Below, in pieces: positions 16,672-25,290 of a stretch of 37,783 nucleotides of DNA. This DNA comes from Nanohaloarchaea archaeon SW_4_43_9 (GTDB taxonomy: Archaea; Nanohalarchaeota; Nanosalinia; Nanosalinales; Nanosalinaceae). The stretch is from assembly GCA_003009815.1 (NCBI GenBank), contig PXPD01000015.1, positions 20,652 through 58,434 of the forward strand. The letters are read 5' to 3'. The position numbers were made by a program, and so were the translations under genes. The notes beneath the pieces are model-generated. The model was not told where the DNA came from and did not search any database. It saw only the letters and a list, made by a program, of their open reading frames with translations. Position 1 is the stretch's first letter; each line of letters starts with the position of its first letter.

Positions 16672-18171
16672 TTAGAAAATATCTGAGATAATTTCTTTAA
16701 TGCCTTTGTTCATTTCTTCTTCCAGTTTCTGTGTCTGGTCTCTGTATTCTTTGGTTGCTTCTCGGTCAGTTTCGGCCAATTTTGTTTCTTTTTCTCTGCG
16801 CCTATTTCTGTCCTCCTTTAAATGATTGAACCGATCTTCATGGGTTTCTAATGTATCGTAGATATCTATTACTGATGCTTCTGCCCATTCAAGCCGATTT
16901 TGGTAATTTTCGAGTCTTTCCCCGGTGTTAGATATCTGTCCTTCTGCTGAGTCTATACGGCCTTCTAGGGAATCAAATCGATCTTCTAGACCTGAGAGAG
17001 CTGAAACGGTTGACTGTAGATCTTCTATATCCGACATAGTAGCCGTCAAGTCTATCCTATTGCTCGCAATCTTTGTGGCGTTATCGCTTACTCTGCCTTC
17101 GAGTTTTTCTATTTCTGACTTGTTTAAACCTATATCTTCCTCAAGCTTGTTTATCTCTTCATCAATATGATCGTACAGCTCTACCTCGAACTTGTCTAAC
17201 TGGTCATCGTAGTCTTCCATTCGGTCTTCCAAGTCACCAAGTCTGTCTGTTACATTATCTAACTGTTCATTATGGTTGCCTAATATACCATAGATGTTTT
17301 CGACTTCTTCGGTTAGGTCATCTAGAGCGGTTATCTGTCCCTCCAGCATTCCCACTCTACCGATTACTGTGTCAATGTCCTCGTTTTGTGTCTTAACTGC
17401 CTGCTCTATGTCCGTTATCCGGCCATCTACATTGTTTATGAGGTACTGTTCAATATCGTACTCGATATGGTTGTCAATATACTGCTCTAAGTTGTTGATT
17501 ATCTCCTCTCCGTAACTACCATCTTCATCATGTTCGGCTATCTGGCCTATCATGCTTCCAAATAAATCCTCCTTTATATAATGGTCGAAAGTATCTGTAG
17601 TGTCTCTAACGGCGCTCGCCCAGACTCTTCCTCCTTCTGCTATATCCCTCTGTACTTTCATTAAATCCATTTCGGTGTTTGAACCTTCACTGCTCTCATA
17701 TTCTGAAGCTATTTCCCTATCGAAGTCAGATATATCTGCTATATTCTGCATAATTTTGCTGTAGCCTTCAGCTTCTTCATCAACTGCATCCTCATATATC
17801 TCGGCGATCTGTTCGAGAAGATCTGAAGAAGATCTGAAACTGAAAAGGCCTGGTAGCATCCTGCCTTTTTCTAAATTTTGTACGTAGCCTACTAGCTCTT
17901 TGCTATCTACATCCCTTATTTCGGAGTCATCAAAATCTTCAAACTGCCTATCATCATTCTTGGAATCCAGGTATTCTCTTGCGAGTCTTTCTCTGTTACC
18001 TCCTTCCTCGACATCTGTCTCAATAAAGTAATCTCTGTCTGCCTGAGAAACCTGTCCCATGGATGGCAGTTCATCGAAGTAGTTGAAGGCCTCTTTGTAT
18101 TCCTCAACTAGATTCTGTTCTATCGCATTTTCCTCGTACAGACTCATCCATCCTTCTTCTGATGTAGACAT
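16672..18171 (-). CDS. acidic cytoplasmic coiled-coil protein (499 aa), unknown function
   Basis: No signal peptide or TM segment. The C-terminal ~250 aa carry heptad-like repeats (GRITDIEQAV, LEGQITALDDL, RLGDLEDRMEDY, LEGRVSDNATKI, LEDRFDSLEGRIDSAEGQISNTGERLENYQNRLE). An AGGTGC SD lies upstream. Confidence 0.6.
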   Translation of the reverse strand: MSTSEEGWMSLYEENAIEQNLVEEYKEAFNYFDELPSMGQVSQADRDYFIETDVEEGGNRERLAREYLDSKNDDRQFEDFDDSEIRDVDSKELVGYVQNLEKGRMLPGLFSFRSSSDLLEQIAEIYEDAVDEEAEGYSKIMQNIADISDFDREIASEYESSEGSNTEMDLMKVQRDIAEGGRVWASAVRDTTDTFDHYIKEDLFGSMIGQIAEHDEDGSYGEEIINNLEQYIDNHIEYDIEQYLINNVDGRITDIEQAVKTQNEDIDTVIGRVGMLEGQITALDDLTEEVENIYGILGNHNEQLDNVTDRLGDLEDRMEDYDDQLDKFEVELYDHIDEEINKLEEDIGLNKSEIEKLEGRVSDNATKIASNRIDLTATMSDIEDLQSTVSALSGLEDRFDSLEGRIDSAEGQISNTGERLENYQNRLEWAEASVIDIYDTLETHEDRFNHLKEDRNRRREKETKLAETDREATKEYRDQTQKLEEEMNKGIKEIISDIF

Positions 18172-18315
18172 ATTTTGGCACCTTTTGTTATCGTATAGTT
18201 ACAAAATTTTTATATAGGTTATGAATAGGAACAAAATACAGTCTGATCTTTTTTTACTAAATGATAGTAATTTTTATAATTTGGGCTCGAACATAATATT
18301 CACGGTGATAAAATA
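18172..18315. promoter_or_regulatory. divergent promoter region with two TATA-like boxes
   Basis: TTTTTATATA near 18216-18225 reads TATATAAAAA on the minus strand, about 45 nt from ATG 18171, which also has the leader AAAAGGTGCCAAAATATG. TTTTTATAA near 18273-18281 lies about 39 nt from ATG 18316. Confidence 0.4.
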
Positions 18316-19959
18316 ATGTCAAATAACGAAAGACCGGACGATAGACCGGGACAGAGGTCTAGAACCTTTGAAGACGAAGAAAATATGGAACAGATTCGAT
18401 CAGACGGAGGAAATTCTGATGATCAAAACCGAGAACCAAGAGAAACTGTGAGAGAAGAGAATAGAGAAAATGAAAGAGGATTTGCACAGAGACTATATGA
18501 TGGGCTGACAAACGCAGGAGATGGAGTGACAAACGCTGTAAGAGCAGAACATCGAGAAACTGCTCAAACAGCAACCCAGACAGCAGAGGCCGAAGATGCA
18601 ATGCATAACGCTCAAGAAGATATGATTGGCCGATTCCAGGAACTAGGAGCCGATGCTGCAAGAGAAAAAACACGGATTGAAGGAAATGCAACACAGAGAG
18701 ATGATGAACTTCACAATCCTGAAAAGAGAGCTGAATCCCACAATAACTACACGAGCGCAAGGGAAGGAGGAAGGATCGATGATGAATTCAGTTTCGGTCT
18801 ATACGAGAGCTTAGTTAACACAGAGTTCCTCGCGGACGACGTAGTCAAAATGAGAGATATTGAGGACAACTCATACACACATGGAGATAGAGAAGGGAGA
18901 TCACTTCCATTCATCGAAGAAGCAGAGATTGCTGACAGCGATGCAAGAAACTGGGCTTCAAGATTCAACTCTGATCTAGAAGCAGCAATTGAAAGTCTTG
19001 GAGAGTATGTTGATCTATTCAATCTGGATGAGAGAAAGGAAGCTTACGAGAACGCAGTAGATAGATATGAACAAACAGGAGAATTTGAAGACAGGATCGA
19101 AGAGATCGAAGAAGAAGCAGAGAAAAGAGGTCTAGAAGGAGTCAATGAACTGATTGATGATGATTACGAAGCCCTTGAAGGATCACACCTCGAAGAACTT
19201 CAGGATACAATTGCAAACGTCGGAGGCCACATGAATGGCAGAGAAGATGGAACAGGCTCCATTAACCTAGAGCATCCTGAAAGAGAGAATGCTGAAGAGC
19301 TTGTAAGACAGACGAGAGCAAGAGCACTGGACGCCGCAGCACTTCACAAAAACCGACTTGGTGAAGCAAGAGAAGAGCTTGAGGCAGTCCAAACAGAGAT
19401 TCGACAGACAAGAGACGAAGTTCAGTCATATGTTGAAGAAGTTGAAGATCTAACAGCAGTAGAAGGAGTGGGAGATGCATTTGCAGATGTCCTAGGAAAC
19501 ATGGAAATCAACACAGTTATGGATCTCGCAGCAAGAAACAACTTCGACTCCAGTCCTGCTTACCAGGAACAGAAGAGAACAGCAAACGGAGTGGCGGTTC
19601 CGGACGCAAATGAACTTAGAGAGAACGCTTTCGACTATCTGAACGAAGTTGCTTCAGATAAGGAGAATCTTGACTTCATCCCAACAGGCACAATCAGAGA
19701 TGTTGGAGACGATTACTCAGATGAAGATCAAAGAAGAAGACATCATGAAGCAGTCTACGACTCAGCAAACTCACTTGTCAATGTAATGAACGAACTCGAG
19801 GGAGAAATTCCTGACCTCGATCAATACGACGTTGACTGGGATGGAGAAGCAGACACACTTGAAGAAGAGAGACAGGAGGTTTACAGAAACCTAGACATCG
19901 ACTATCCTGTTGAAGCAGAAGACGCTCTCAATCCATCTGACGTATACACAGAGGAGTAA
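18316..19959 (+). CDS. very acidic soluble protein (547 aa) with coiled-coil stretches and one helix-hairpin-helix-like motif
   Basis: LTAVEGVGDAFADVLGNMEINTVMDLAA fits the HhH pattern (L..v.GiG...A..L...gi.tv.dLa). No TM segment or signal peptide. Confidence 0.55.
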   Translation: MSNNERPDDRPGQRSRTFEDEENMEQIRSDGGNSDDQNREPRETVREENRENERGFAQRLYDGLTNAGDGVTNAVRAEHRETAQTATQTAEAEDAMHNAQEDMIGRFQELGADAAREKTRIEGNATQRDDELHNPEKRAESHNNYTSAREGGRIDDEFSFGLYESLVNTEFLADDVVKMRDIEDNSYTHGDREGRSLPFIEEAEIADSDARNWASRFNSDLEAAIESLGEYVDLFNLDERKEAYENAVDRYEQTGEFEDRIEEIEEEAEKRGLEGVNELIDDDYEALEGSHLEELQDTIANVGGHMNGREDGTGSINLEHPERENAEELVRQTRARALDAAALHKNRLGEAREELEAVQTEIRQTRDEVQSYVEEVEDLTAVEGVGDAFADVLGNMEINTVMDLAARNNFDSSPAYQEQKRTANGVAVPDANELRENAFDYLNEVASDKENLDFIPTGTIRDVGDDYSDEDQRRRHHEAVYDSANSLVNVMNELEGEIPDLDQYDVDWDGEADTLEEERQEVYRNLDIDYPVEAEDALNPSDVYTEE

Positions 19960-19974
19960 ATCCTCTTCTTCCTT

Positions 19975-20045
19975 TCATTTCTTCTTTATTTCTATACAGA
20001 CTTGACTAAGTCCCTCTTTTTCCGAATTCAAATTTTGTTATAACT
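19975..20045 (-). repeat. decayed duplicate of the trm5 3' terminus (relic gene end), direct repeat of 20402-20477
   Basis: The minus-strand spelling AGTTATAACAAAATTTGAATTCGGAAAAAGAGGGACTTAGTCAAGTCTGTATAGAAATAAAG aligns to trm5 AATTATGGATAAAGTTGAATGCGGAGAAAGAGGGCCTTCAGTCAAAAGAGTCTGTATTGATATTAGG. Exact blocks are AGTCTGTAT, AAAGAGGG and TTGAAT. It translates as VITKFEFGKRGT* against IMDKVECGERGPS. Confidence 0.7.
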
Positions 20046-20052
20046 GGCATTT

Positions 20053-20415
20053 GTGGATAAAAGTGATGATCATCATGAGAAGGCTAGAGAAGTTATGGAC
20101 CAAGTTAGAAATGAGGATGTATACATTTCAGATCGAGTGTTTGTGGAGACTGTTAATGTGATGTTTTCCAGATTTGATCATTCTGATGCTTCGAACTTCG
20201 CAGATTACATGCTTAAATCAGAGCTGGAAATTATTCATTCTAACTCATCAATATTCAGCAATTCTGTAGAGCATTTTCACTCCGAGCAGATAAGTTTTAC
20301 AGACTGCAGCATCGTTTCTATGATGAAAGCACTAGATATCGATAAACTCTGCAGCTTTGATTCTGACTTTAAGAGCTTCGAGAAAATTGAACTTATAGGC
20401 GTCAACGGATCCTAA
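20053..20415 (+). CDS. PIN-domain (VapC-like) ribonuclease, N-terminally eroded, with no adjacent antitoxin
   Basis: The conserved acidic positions are recognisable: (F)VD at the very start, VFVETVNV, SFTDCSIVSM and SFDSDF. The usual beta1-alpha1 segment before DxHHEKA is missing. A stop lies 3 codons upstream of the GTG start. Confidence 0.6.
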   Translation: MDKSDDHHEKAREVMDQVRNEDVYISDRVFVETVNVMFSRFDHSDASNFADYMLKSELEIIHSNSSIFSNSVEHFHSEQISFTDCSIVSMMKALDIDKLCSFDSDFKSFEKIELIGVNGS

Positions 20416-21421
20416 TATCAATACAGACTCTTTTGACTGAAGGCCCTCTTTCTCCGCATTCAACTTTATCCATAATTTCGTAGTTATCGATCTTCTCGGA
20501 TATTTCGTTTTCAAGTTCTTCCCAACTATCGTCTTCTAGGAAACGGTAGTAGTGTATAACGCCGTTATATTCGGTATTCTCGGAAGCGAGTTCCAAAAAC
20601 CCATCCGCTGACTCTGGTAGAGGCATTATCGTGCGGTCAAACTTTTCGTTTAGTTCCGGCAAAACATCTCTTACATCTCCTTCGATGCCTTCTACTGTCT
20701 CTTCCACATTGTTGATCAGGATGTTCTCTTCAAGATAGTTCATGCCTTCTGGGTTCTTTTCAATAGCCACAACTTTCTCTGGATCAGTCTCTTTAGCTGC
20801 CAGTATGCTAAAAGGCCCTGTCCCGGCAAACATAACTAGAACTTTCTCTCCATCCTCTATCTGATCAACGACTCTCTTTCTCTCTGTAGAGAATCGCTCT
20901 GAGAAGTAAGCTTTAGTGGGATCAACCTGGTAATTACAGCCAAACTCTGTATGGATAGTCTCGGTTTCTTCCCCGTATAACTTCTCATAGTTTCCTACCC
21001 TGAATTCTCCTTCCAGACCGCCTTTTTTCAGCAGTATGGTTTTCACATTCTGATGGTGTAGAATTCCCTCTACCGCTTTCTTTCTGTCGACTCCTGCCAG
21101 ATCGTTGATTACCGCTATATTGCCGATAACTTCGTAGGAAGGCGTCTCGAATTCTTGAGACTCCTTCTCTTCCTTCAGAACTGAGATATCGTTTTCAACT
21201 AGTTCCTCCAGCTCAGAAAGATCGGGATCGATAAATACCTTGTTGTTTTCCTCTACCTTTGCCGGTATCTCATCATGACTATATTCTTCTGATGAGAAAA
21301 CTTTCAGAACCATCTCACTATTATTTTTCTCTGCTCTGAATCCATTTTTGGTCGATTTCAGCTGAAATCCCTGTCTTTCAAACAGTTTTCTGACTTTGGA
21401 TTCAAGTTTTTCCTGCTGCAT
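20402..21421 (-). CDS. trm5: tRNA (guanine37-N1)-methyltransferase Trm5 (Trm5b-type class I SAM methyltransferase)
   Basis: The order of motifs matches archaeal Trm5: YEVIGNIAVI, GEFRV, YFSERFSTERKR, VLVMFAGTGPFSI, AIEKNPEGMNYL..NI.IN, IMPLP, GVIHYY. Confidence 0.9.
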   Translation of the reverse strand: MQQEKLESKVRKLFERQGFQLKSTKNGFRAEKNNSEMVLKVFSSEEYSHDEIPAKVEENNKVFIDPDLSELEELVENDISVLKEEKESQEFETPSYEVIGNIAVINDLAGVDRKKAVEGILHHQNVKTILLKKGGLEGEFRVGNYEKLYGEETETIHTEFGCNYQVDPTKAYFSERFSTERKRVVDQIEDGEKVLVMFAGTGPFSILAAKETDPEKVVAIEKNPEGMNYLEENILINNVEETVEGIEGDVRDVLPELNEKFDRTIMPLPESADGFLELASENTEYNGVIHYYRFLEDDSWEELENEISEKIDNYEIMDKVECGERGPSVKRVCIDIRIR

Positions 21422-21427
21422 GATTAG

Positions 21428-21454
21428 TTAAAGCTTACTTCAACCATTTTAACC
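21428..21454. promoter_or_regulatory. two TATA-like boxes in the 35-nt trm5/dphB divergent spacer
   Basis: GTTAAAGC at 21428-21435 lies about 26 nt upstream of ATG 21457. CATTTTAACC at 21445-21454 (TTAAAA on the minus strand) lies about 28 nt upstream of ATG 21421. Confidence 0.3.
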
Positions 21455-21456
21455 AT

Positions 21457-22164
21457 ATGCTCTATCTCATTGGACTTGGACTGGATAATGGAGAGATTGC
21501 ACAGAAAGGTTTAGAAGCTCTAGAAGAGGTCGATAGGGCTTTTGCGGAGTTCTATACTAATACTGAGAATATCAGTTTGGAGAAACTGGAGGAGAAAACA
21601 GGAAAAGAAATAGAAAAATTAAGCAGGGAACAGGTTGAGAGAAATGACAAAGTGCTTGAATCTGCAGAGAATCAGGATACAGCATTTCTCGTCTCTGGGG
21701 ATCCTCTGACAGCTACAACACATTACAATATCAAGCATCGAGCCGAGGAGAAAGGAATCGATGTTGAGGTCATTCACGCACCTTCGATATTTGTATCGAT
21801 AGCAGAAACCGGTTTAAATGTCTACAAATTCGGAAGAACTGTTACCCTGCCAAATGATTCAGCTCCGGAATCTGTTACAGAGTATATTAACAAGAATGAT
21901 AAAATAGGACTACATAGCCTTATCCTGCTTGATATCGACTATCCCGCTAATGAAGCTGCAGAGAAACTGATCAATATGGATAAAAGCCTGGCTGATAGGG
22001 AGGCAGTCGTAGTTGAGAGAGCGAACCACAAAGATCAGAAGATAACTGTCTTGAGTCTGGAAGAGGCTGCTGAGAACGAGTTTGGATCTACCCCTCATTC
22101 TATTATTCTGACGGGGGATAAATCCCACAAGGAAGAAGATTTTCTGGAGGCTTATACAGAATGA
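21457..22164 (+). CDS. dphB: diphthine synthase (diphthamide biosynthesis methyltransferase)
   Basis: MLYLIGLGLDNGEI..KGLEAL...D..FAEFYT N-terminus plus FLVSGDPLTATTH, characteristic of the tetrapyrrole-methylase-fold DphB. Confidence 0.9.
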   Translation: MLYLIGLGLDNGEIAQKGLEALEEVDRAFAEFYTNTENISLEKLEEKTGKEIEKLSREQVERNDKVLESAENQDTAFLVSGDPLTATTHYNIKHRAEEKGIDVEVIHAPSIFVSIAETGLNVYKFGRTVTLPNDSAPESVTEYINKNDKIGLHSLILLDIDYPANEAAEKLINMDKSLADREAVVVERANHKDQKITVLSLEEAAENEFGSTPHSIILTGDKSHKEEDFLEAYTE

Positions 22165-22403
22165 ACGAGACAGAGGAGAGACTAAAAGAAGAAACAGAGA
22201 AATGGCTTGAGAAGCTTAACTTCCGGATACAGAAACGAGACAAATCTGTCGAACAGATGGAAAATGTTCTTGCGTATCGCGATGATACAGAGCATTTCTT
22301 GGAAGAAGATGATTTTATCCGAGCGTGGGAATCAGTTATCTATGCCTGGGGAATACTTGAGACATTGGAGAGGTTAGATAAGTTTAACTCACCAATAGAA
22401 TAA
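22161..22403 (+). CDS. small helical protein, probably DUF357 family
   Basis: 80 aa with a 4-nt overlap onto dphB. ...AYRDDTEHFLEEDDFIRAWESVIYAWGILETLERL resembles the DUF357 pattern (Y.eDa.hf...gdy..A...v.YA.Gwld...rl). The call is from memory and unverified. Confidence 0.45.
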   Translation: MNETEERLKEETEKWLEKLNFRIQKRDKSVEQMENVLAYRDDTEHFLEEDDFIRAWESVIYAWGILETLERLDKFNSPIE

Positions 22404-22428
22404 AAATAAAATCCGATAAACTATAACT

Positions 22429-22692
22429 ATGCAGGATCCTTGGAAATTCCTCGGCTTTCCGGCGGCGGCAGTTGGAGGATATCTTATCGCTTCGACACAG
22501 ATGGCGGTCTTCCTAAAAGAGACTACGAATTTAAGCCAGTTCTTTTCTGAACTTGCAATTGTAGCTTTAACCGGGTTCTTAGCAGGATTTTTGGTTGATG
22601 AGGTTATACCTACATATATTGAACATGTTAGAGATCAGGGCTCTGGAGCAGAATTAGGAGGAGATACGGATAATGATTTCAACTTCGATTAA
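22429..22692 (+). CDS. small membrane protein (2 TM helices, acidic tail)
   Basis: 87-aa ORF with two hydrophobic helices. It is first in a same-strand run of small membrane-protein genes. Confidence 0.5.
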   Translation: MQDPWKFLGFPAAAVGGYLIASTQMAVFLKETTNLSQFFSELAIVALTGFLAGFLVDEVIPTYIEHVRDQGSGAELGGDTDNDFNFD

Positions 22693-23116
22693 GCTTGGCG
22701 CCTTCACAGCGATATTACTGCTTTTGACAGGTCTATCTATGTCTTCGCATTATTATAGTCACCAGCAAACCGGTTATAGTGTAACTGATACAGGTTTCTC
22801 CGTTCCGGAGTATGACTCTCATTCTGAACTAGCTACAGAGTTAGTTGCTCCTTTCTTGTTTCTAGTTATACTTCTGAAATTTGCGTTGGAAAGCGTGCTT
22901 GCAACTGTTTTAGATACTAATGATGTTCCGGTTCCAGGTGATAAACCTGATGTATCCAAAGAAGCAACTTTAATGTCTCTCGCTATCGCAGGCATGCTTA
23001 TTCCTACCCCTTTCTGGGATTACATTAGATTAGCTGCTGGCAGTATAGGATTGATAGCTACAGGCGCAGTTATACTGGCGATCTTGTTTGTAATTCGTTC
23101 CTTTATCAAGGGATAA
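22673..23116 (+). CDS. small membrane protein (signal-like N-terminus plus about 3 TM helices)
   Basis: 147 aa. GGAGGA lies about 11 nt upstream. It overlaps the previous gene by 20 nt. Confidence 0.5.
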   Translation: MISTSIKLGAFTAILLLLTGLSMSSHYYSHQQTGYSVTDTGFSVPEYDSHSELATELVAPFLFLVILLKFALESVLATVLDTNDVPVPGDKPDVSKEATLMSLAIAGMLIPTPFWDYIRLAAGSIGLIATGAVILAILFVIRSFIKG

Positions 23117-23155
23117 TCCTGAAAGGCTTAAAATAGTCGGAGCGAATAAATACTT

Positions 23156-24829
23156 GTGAAAAGCAAAAAGCTGAAAGTAGTCTACATTAATTTTGTATCA
23201 GTTTTGTTATCTGGAGCAACTACTGCACAGATAACAGGTTCCTCGGCTGCCGAGAGTCAGGTGGTAGACTTTTTCAATCAAGTTCTCTTTACTTTCCAAG
23301 CACAGGATATTTCGGAAGTAATACTGTTTTTCGTACTCCCTCTGTTCGGTTTCTACTTCATCAATAAAAATATATTTGAGGTAGCCTTCGAAAATTTTGA
23401 GCATAGAATTGACAGAGATAGCTGGTCAAGAACAAACGATGATCTGCCTACAGGTGTAAAGGGACTTGCGTTTGTTACGGCTTTCATAACGGTTCAAGTG
23501 ATAGGTATCTTTAGTACCATAGTGCTTCTAGGTTTGGCTTTGCTCGCTGTTGGAGCGTGGTTACTTAGCTACATGGGACTTTTCGGCGATCTGGAAAGTA
23601 TCTCAGGAGGTTCAGGAACCTCTTCTGGACCTTCAGGAGGCTCATCCGGATCCAGTGGCGGTAGCCAGAGTTCAGGCCCGGATACTCAAGATGTGAAGGA
23701 AGAGTTAGATCAAATTAAGAGCCAGATGTCGGAGCTGGAAGGACAGTCCCAAACTGTGGAACAAGAGCTCAGAGAAATAATGGCGGAGGAAGAAGATCTT
23801 GAGGAGATCAAGCAAGAGCTAAAAAAGCTTGTAGAAGGAGGCAAGCTTACATCCAGAGAAGCTGAGGAATTAGAGAAAATAATAAATGAAACAGAAGATG
23901 TCGAACAGTTGGAAGAAATGTTAGAGAATTATATAGAGAACATTTTGAAAAATGAGGAGAGATTGGAAGGAATGGAAGAAAATATAGCAAACATGGAGGG
24001 AGAAATTGAAGGTTTTGAGGAAAAGATAGAGGAAGAAATTCAGAATGTGTTGAATAGAGAGTTAGATGATCTAGAGGCTAAACTGAATGAACTGGAAGCC
24101 CAAATACAGGGTTATAGAGAACAGCTCCAAGAGGAAGGTGGCTCTCCTGAAATTCTTGAAGAAGAACTGGAGCAGATGAAAGAAGAACTTCTAACCGAGA
24201 TGGAGGAAGCCGAAGATATAATGCGGAAAATAAATTCTTTAGAGAACCAGATGATGGCGCTCAGAGACGAGATGACAGCTACACAGTCTGAAACGGAAAA
24301 AGTAGAGAACCAATTAAAACAGTTATTTGGAGAACTCGAAGAGATAAGAGGAGGTATTCAAACTGAAGAAGCCGAGATAAAAGATGAAGAAAAGAGGACG
24401 AAGTCAATGGTGGATGAGTTACCTGAAGAATGGTACGAATGGTTGAAGAAGGCTGAAAAAGATGAAGAAAAAGTAGCTGGACAAGAAGAGAGACAAGAAA
24501 GTGAGGAAGAAGAGATAGCGCAGGAAGAAGTTGAGGTAATAGAATGGGAAGAAGATGCATTGAGAAAGTTCCGTGCGATGTTTGGACGATATACGGAGCA
24601 ACTACGGCAAGGGGAGCAGAGAGCTAGTAAATTAAAGGATATCATAGAGAAACAGCAAGAGCAGGTAGAAGCTCTTCAAAGAGGAGAGCATGATGTAGTT
24701 GAGAGGGCTCAAATAGTTGATAGAACAGCAAGAAATGCAGAAGAATTAGGTGAATTAGAACGAAAGTTGCTGGAGACCCTAAACTCAAATCCTAATAGAG
24801 GAAGGAGATATGAAAGATTCTGGACCTAG
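23156..24829 (+). CDS. membrane-anchored long coiled-coil protein (N-terminal membrane module, Gly/Ser linker, ~380-aa Glu-rich coiled coil)
   Basis: GTG start with the TATA-like CTTAAAATAG about 25 nt upstream. Hydrophobic helices are followed by SGGSGTSSGPSGGSSGSSGGSQSSGP and then a continuous heptad-rich acidic sequence. Confidence 0.6.
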   Translation: MKSKKLKVVYINFVSVLLSGATTAQITGSSAAESQVVDFFNQVLFTFQAQDISEVILFFVLPLFGFYFINKNIFEVAFENFEHRIDRDSWSRTNDDLPTGVKGLAFVTAFITVQVIGIFSTIVLLGLALLAVGAWLLSYMGLFGDLESISGGSGTSSGPSGGSSGSSGGSQSSGPDTQDVKEELDQIKSQMSELEGQSQTVEQELREIMAEEEDLEEIKQELKKLVEGGKLTSREAEELEKIINETEDVEQLEEMLENYIENILKNEERLEGMEENIANMEGEIEGFEEKIEEEIQNVLNRELDDLEAKLNELEAQIQGYREQLQEEGGSPEILEEELEQMKEELLTEMEEAEDIMRKINSLENQMMALRDEMTATQSETEKVENQLKQLFGELEEIRGGIQTEEAEIKDEEKRTKSMVDELPEEWYEWLKKAEKDEEKVAGQEERQESEEEEIAQEEVEVIEWEEDALRKFRAMFGRYTEQLRQGEQRASKLKDIIEKQQEQVEALQRGEHDVVERAQIVDRTARNAEELGELERKLLETLNSNPNRGRRYERFWT

Positions 24830-24886
24830 TAAAATTGTAATTATTTAAACAGACAAAAGGAAGTATAGCGTGAGAGGATCAAAAGT

Positions 24887-25027
24887 ATGGCATGTGAAGG
24901 ACCGATACTACAGTGTGTAATAAACAACCCTACCGTAGCAGGGATAGGAGTAGCAGCAGGATTCGTAATTGCAAAAGCCATGGATATGAGAAAACGCCGT
25001 AATCAAGGATTTGGCGGAGGTTTTTGA
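24887..25027 (+). CDS. 46-aa single-TM peptide (below the ORF-track cutoff)
   Basis: MACEGPILQCVINNPTVAGIGVAAGFVIAKAMDMRKRRNQGFGGGF. GAGAGGA lies 9-15 nt upstream. The stop abuts the next ATG. Confidence 0.35.
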   Translation: MACEGPILQCVINNPTVAGIGVAAGFVIAKAMDMRKRRNQGFGGGF

Positions 25028-25028
25028 G

Positions 25029-25286
25029 ATGAATAACAAGAAATTCCACGAATATGTATACAGTGTAGAAAACTGGCTTGATGAACTTGTAATCGCATTT
25101 CTATCGTTCGGAGTAATAATAGTACTAGTTGATCTGCTAATGTTCCAGAGCCAGAGCTATTCATTTATCACACTTGGAGACGCCATCTTCCCATGGATCA
25201 CAATGGTTGCACTCATGATAATCGGGAGAGAACTCTGGCTTCTCAACAGAAATGTGAGAGAACACCTAGAGAGGACGGGTGAATAG
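25029..25286 (+). CDS. small membrane protein (2 TM helices)
   Basis: I prefer the ATG at 25029 (MNNKKFHEY...) to the track's TTG at 25011, which would overlap the previous small ORF. Confidence 0.5.
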   Translation: MNNKKFHEYVYSVENWLDELVIAFLSFGVIIVLVDLLMFQSQSYSFITLGDAIFPWITMVALMIIGRELWLLNRNVREHLERTGE

Positions 25287-25290
25287 TTAA

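Noticed and set aside
23690-24780. Highly periodic GAA/GAG-rich DNA that might be taken for a tandem repeat or CRISPR-like array.
   Set aside because: No unit repeats exactly. The periodicity is codon-level (a Glu-rich coiled coil) within one continuous ORF. I saw no repeat-spacer architecture anywhere in the window.
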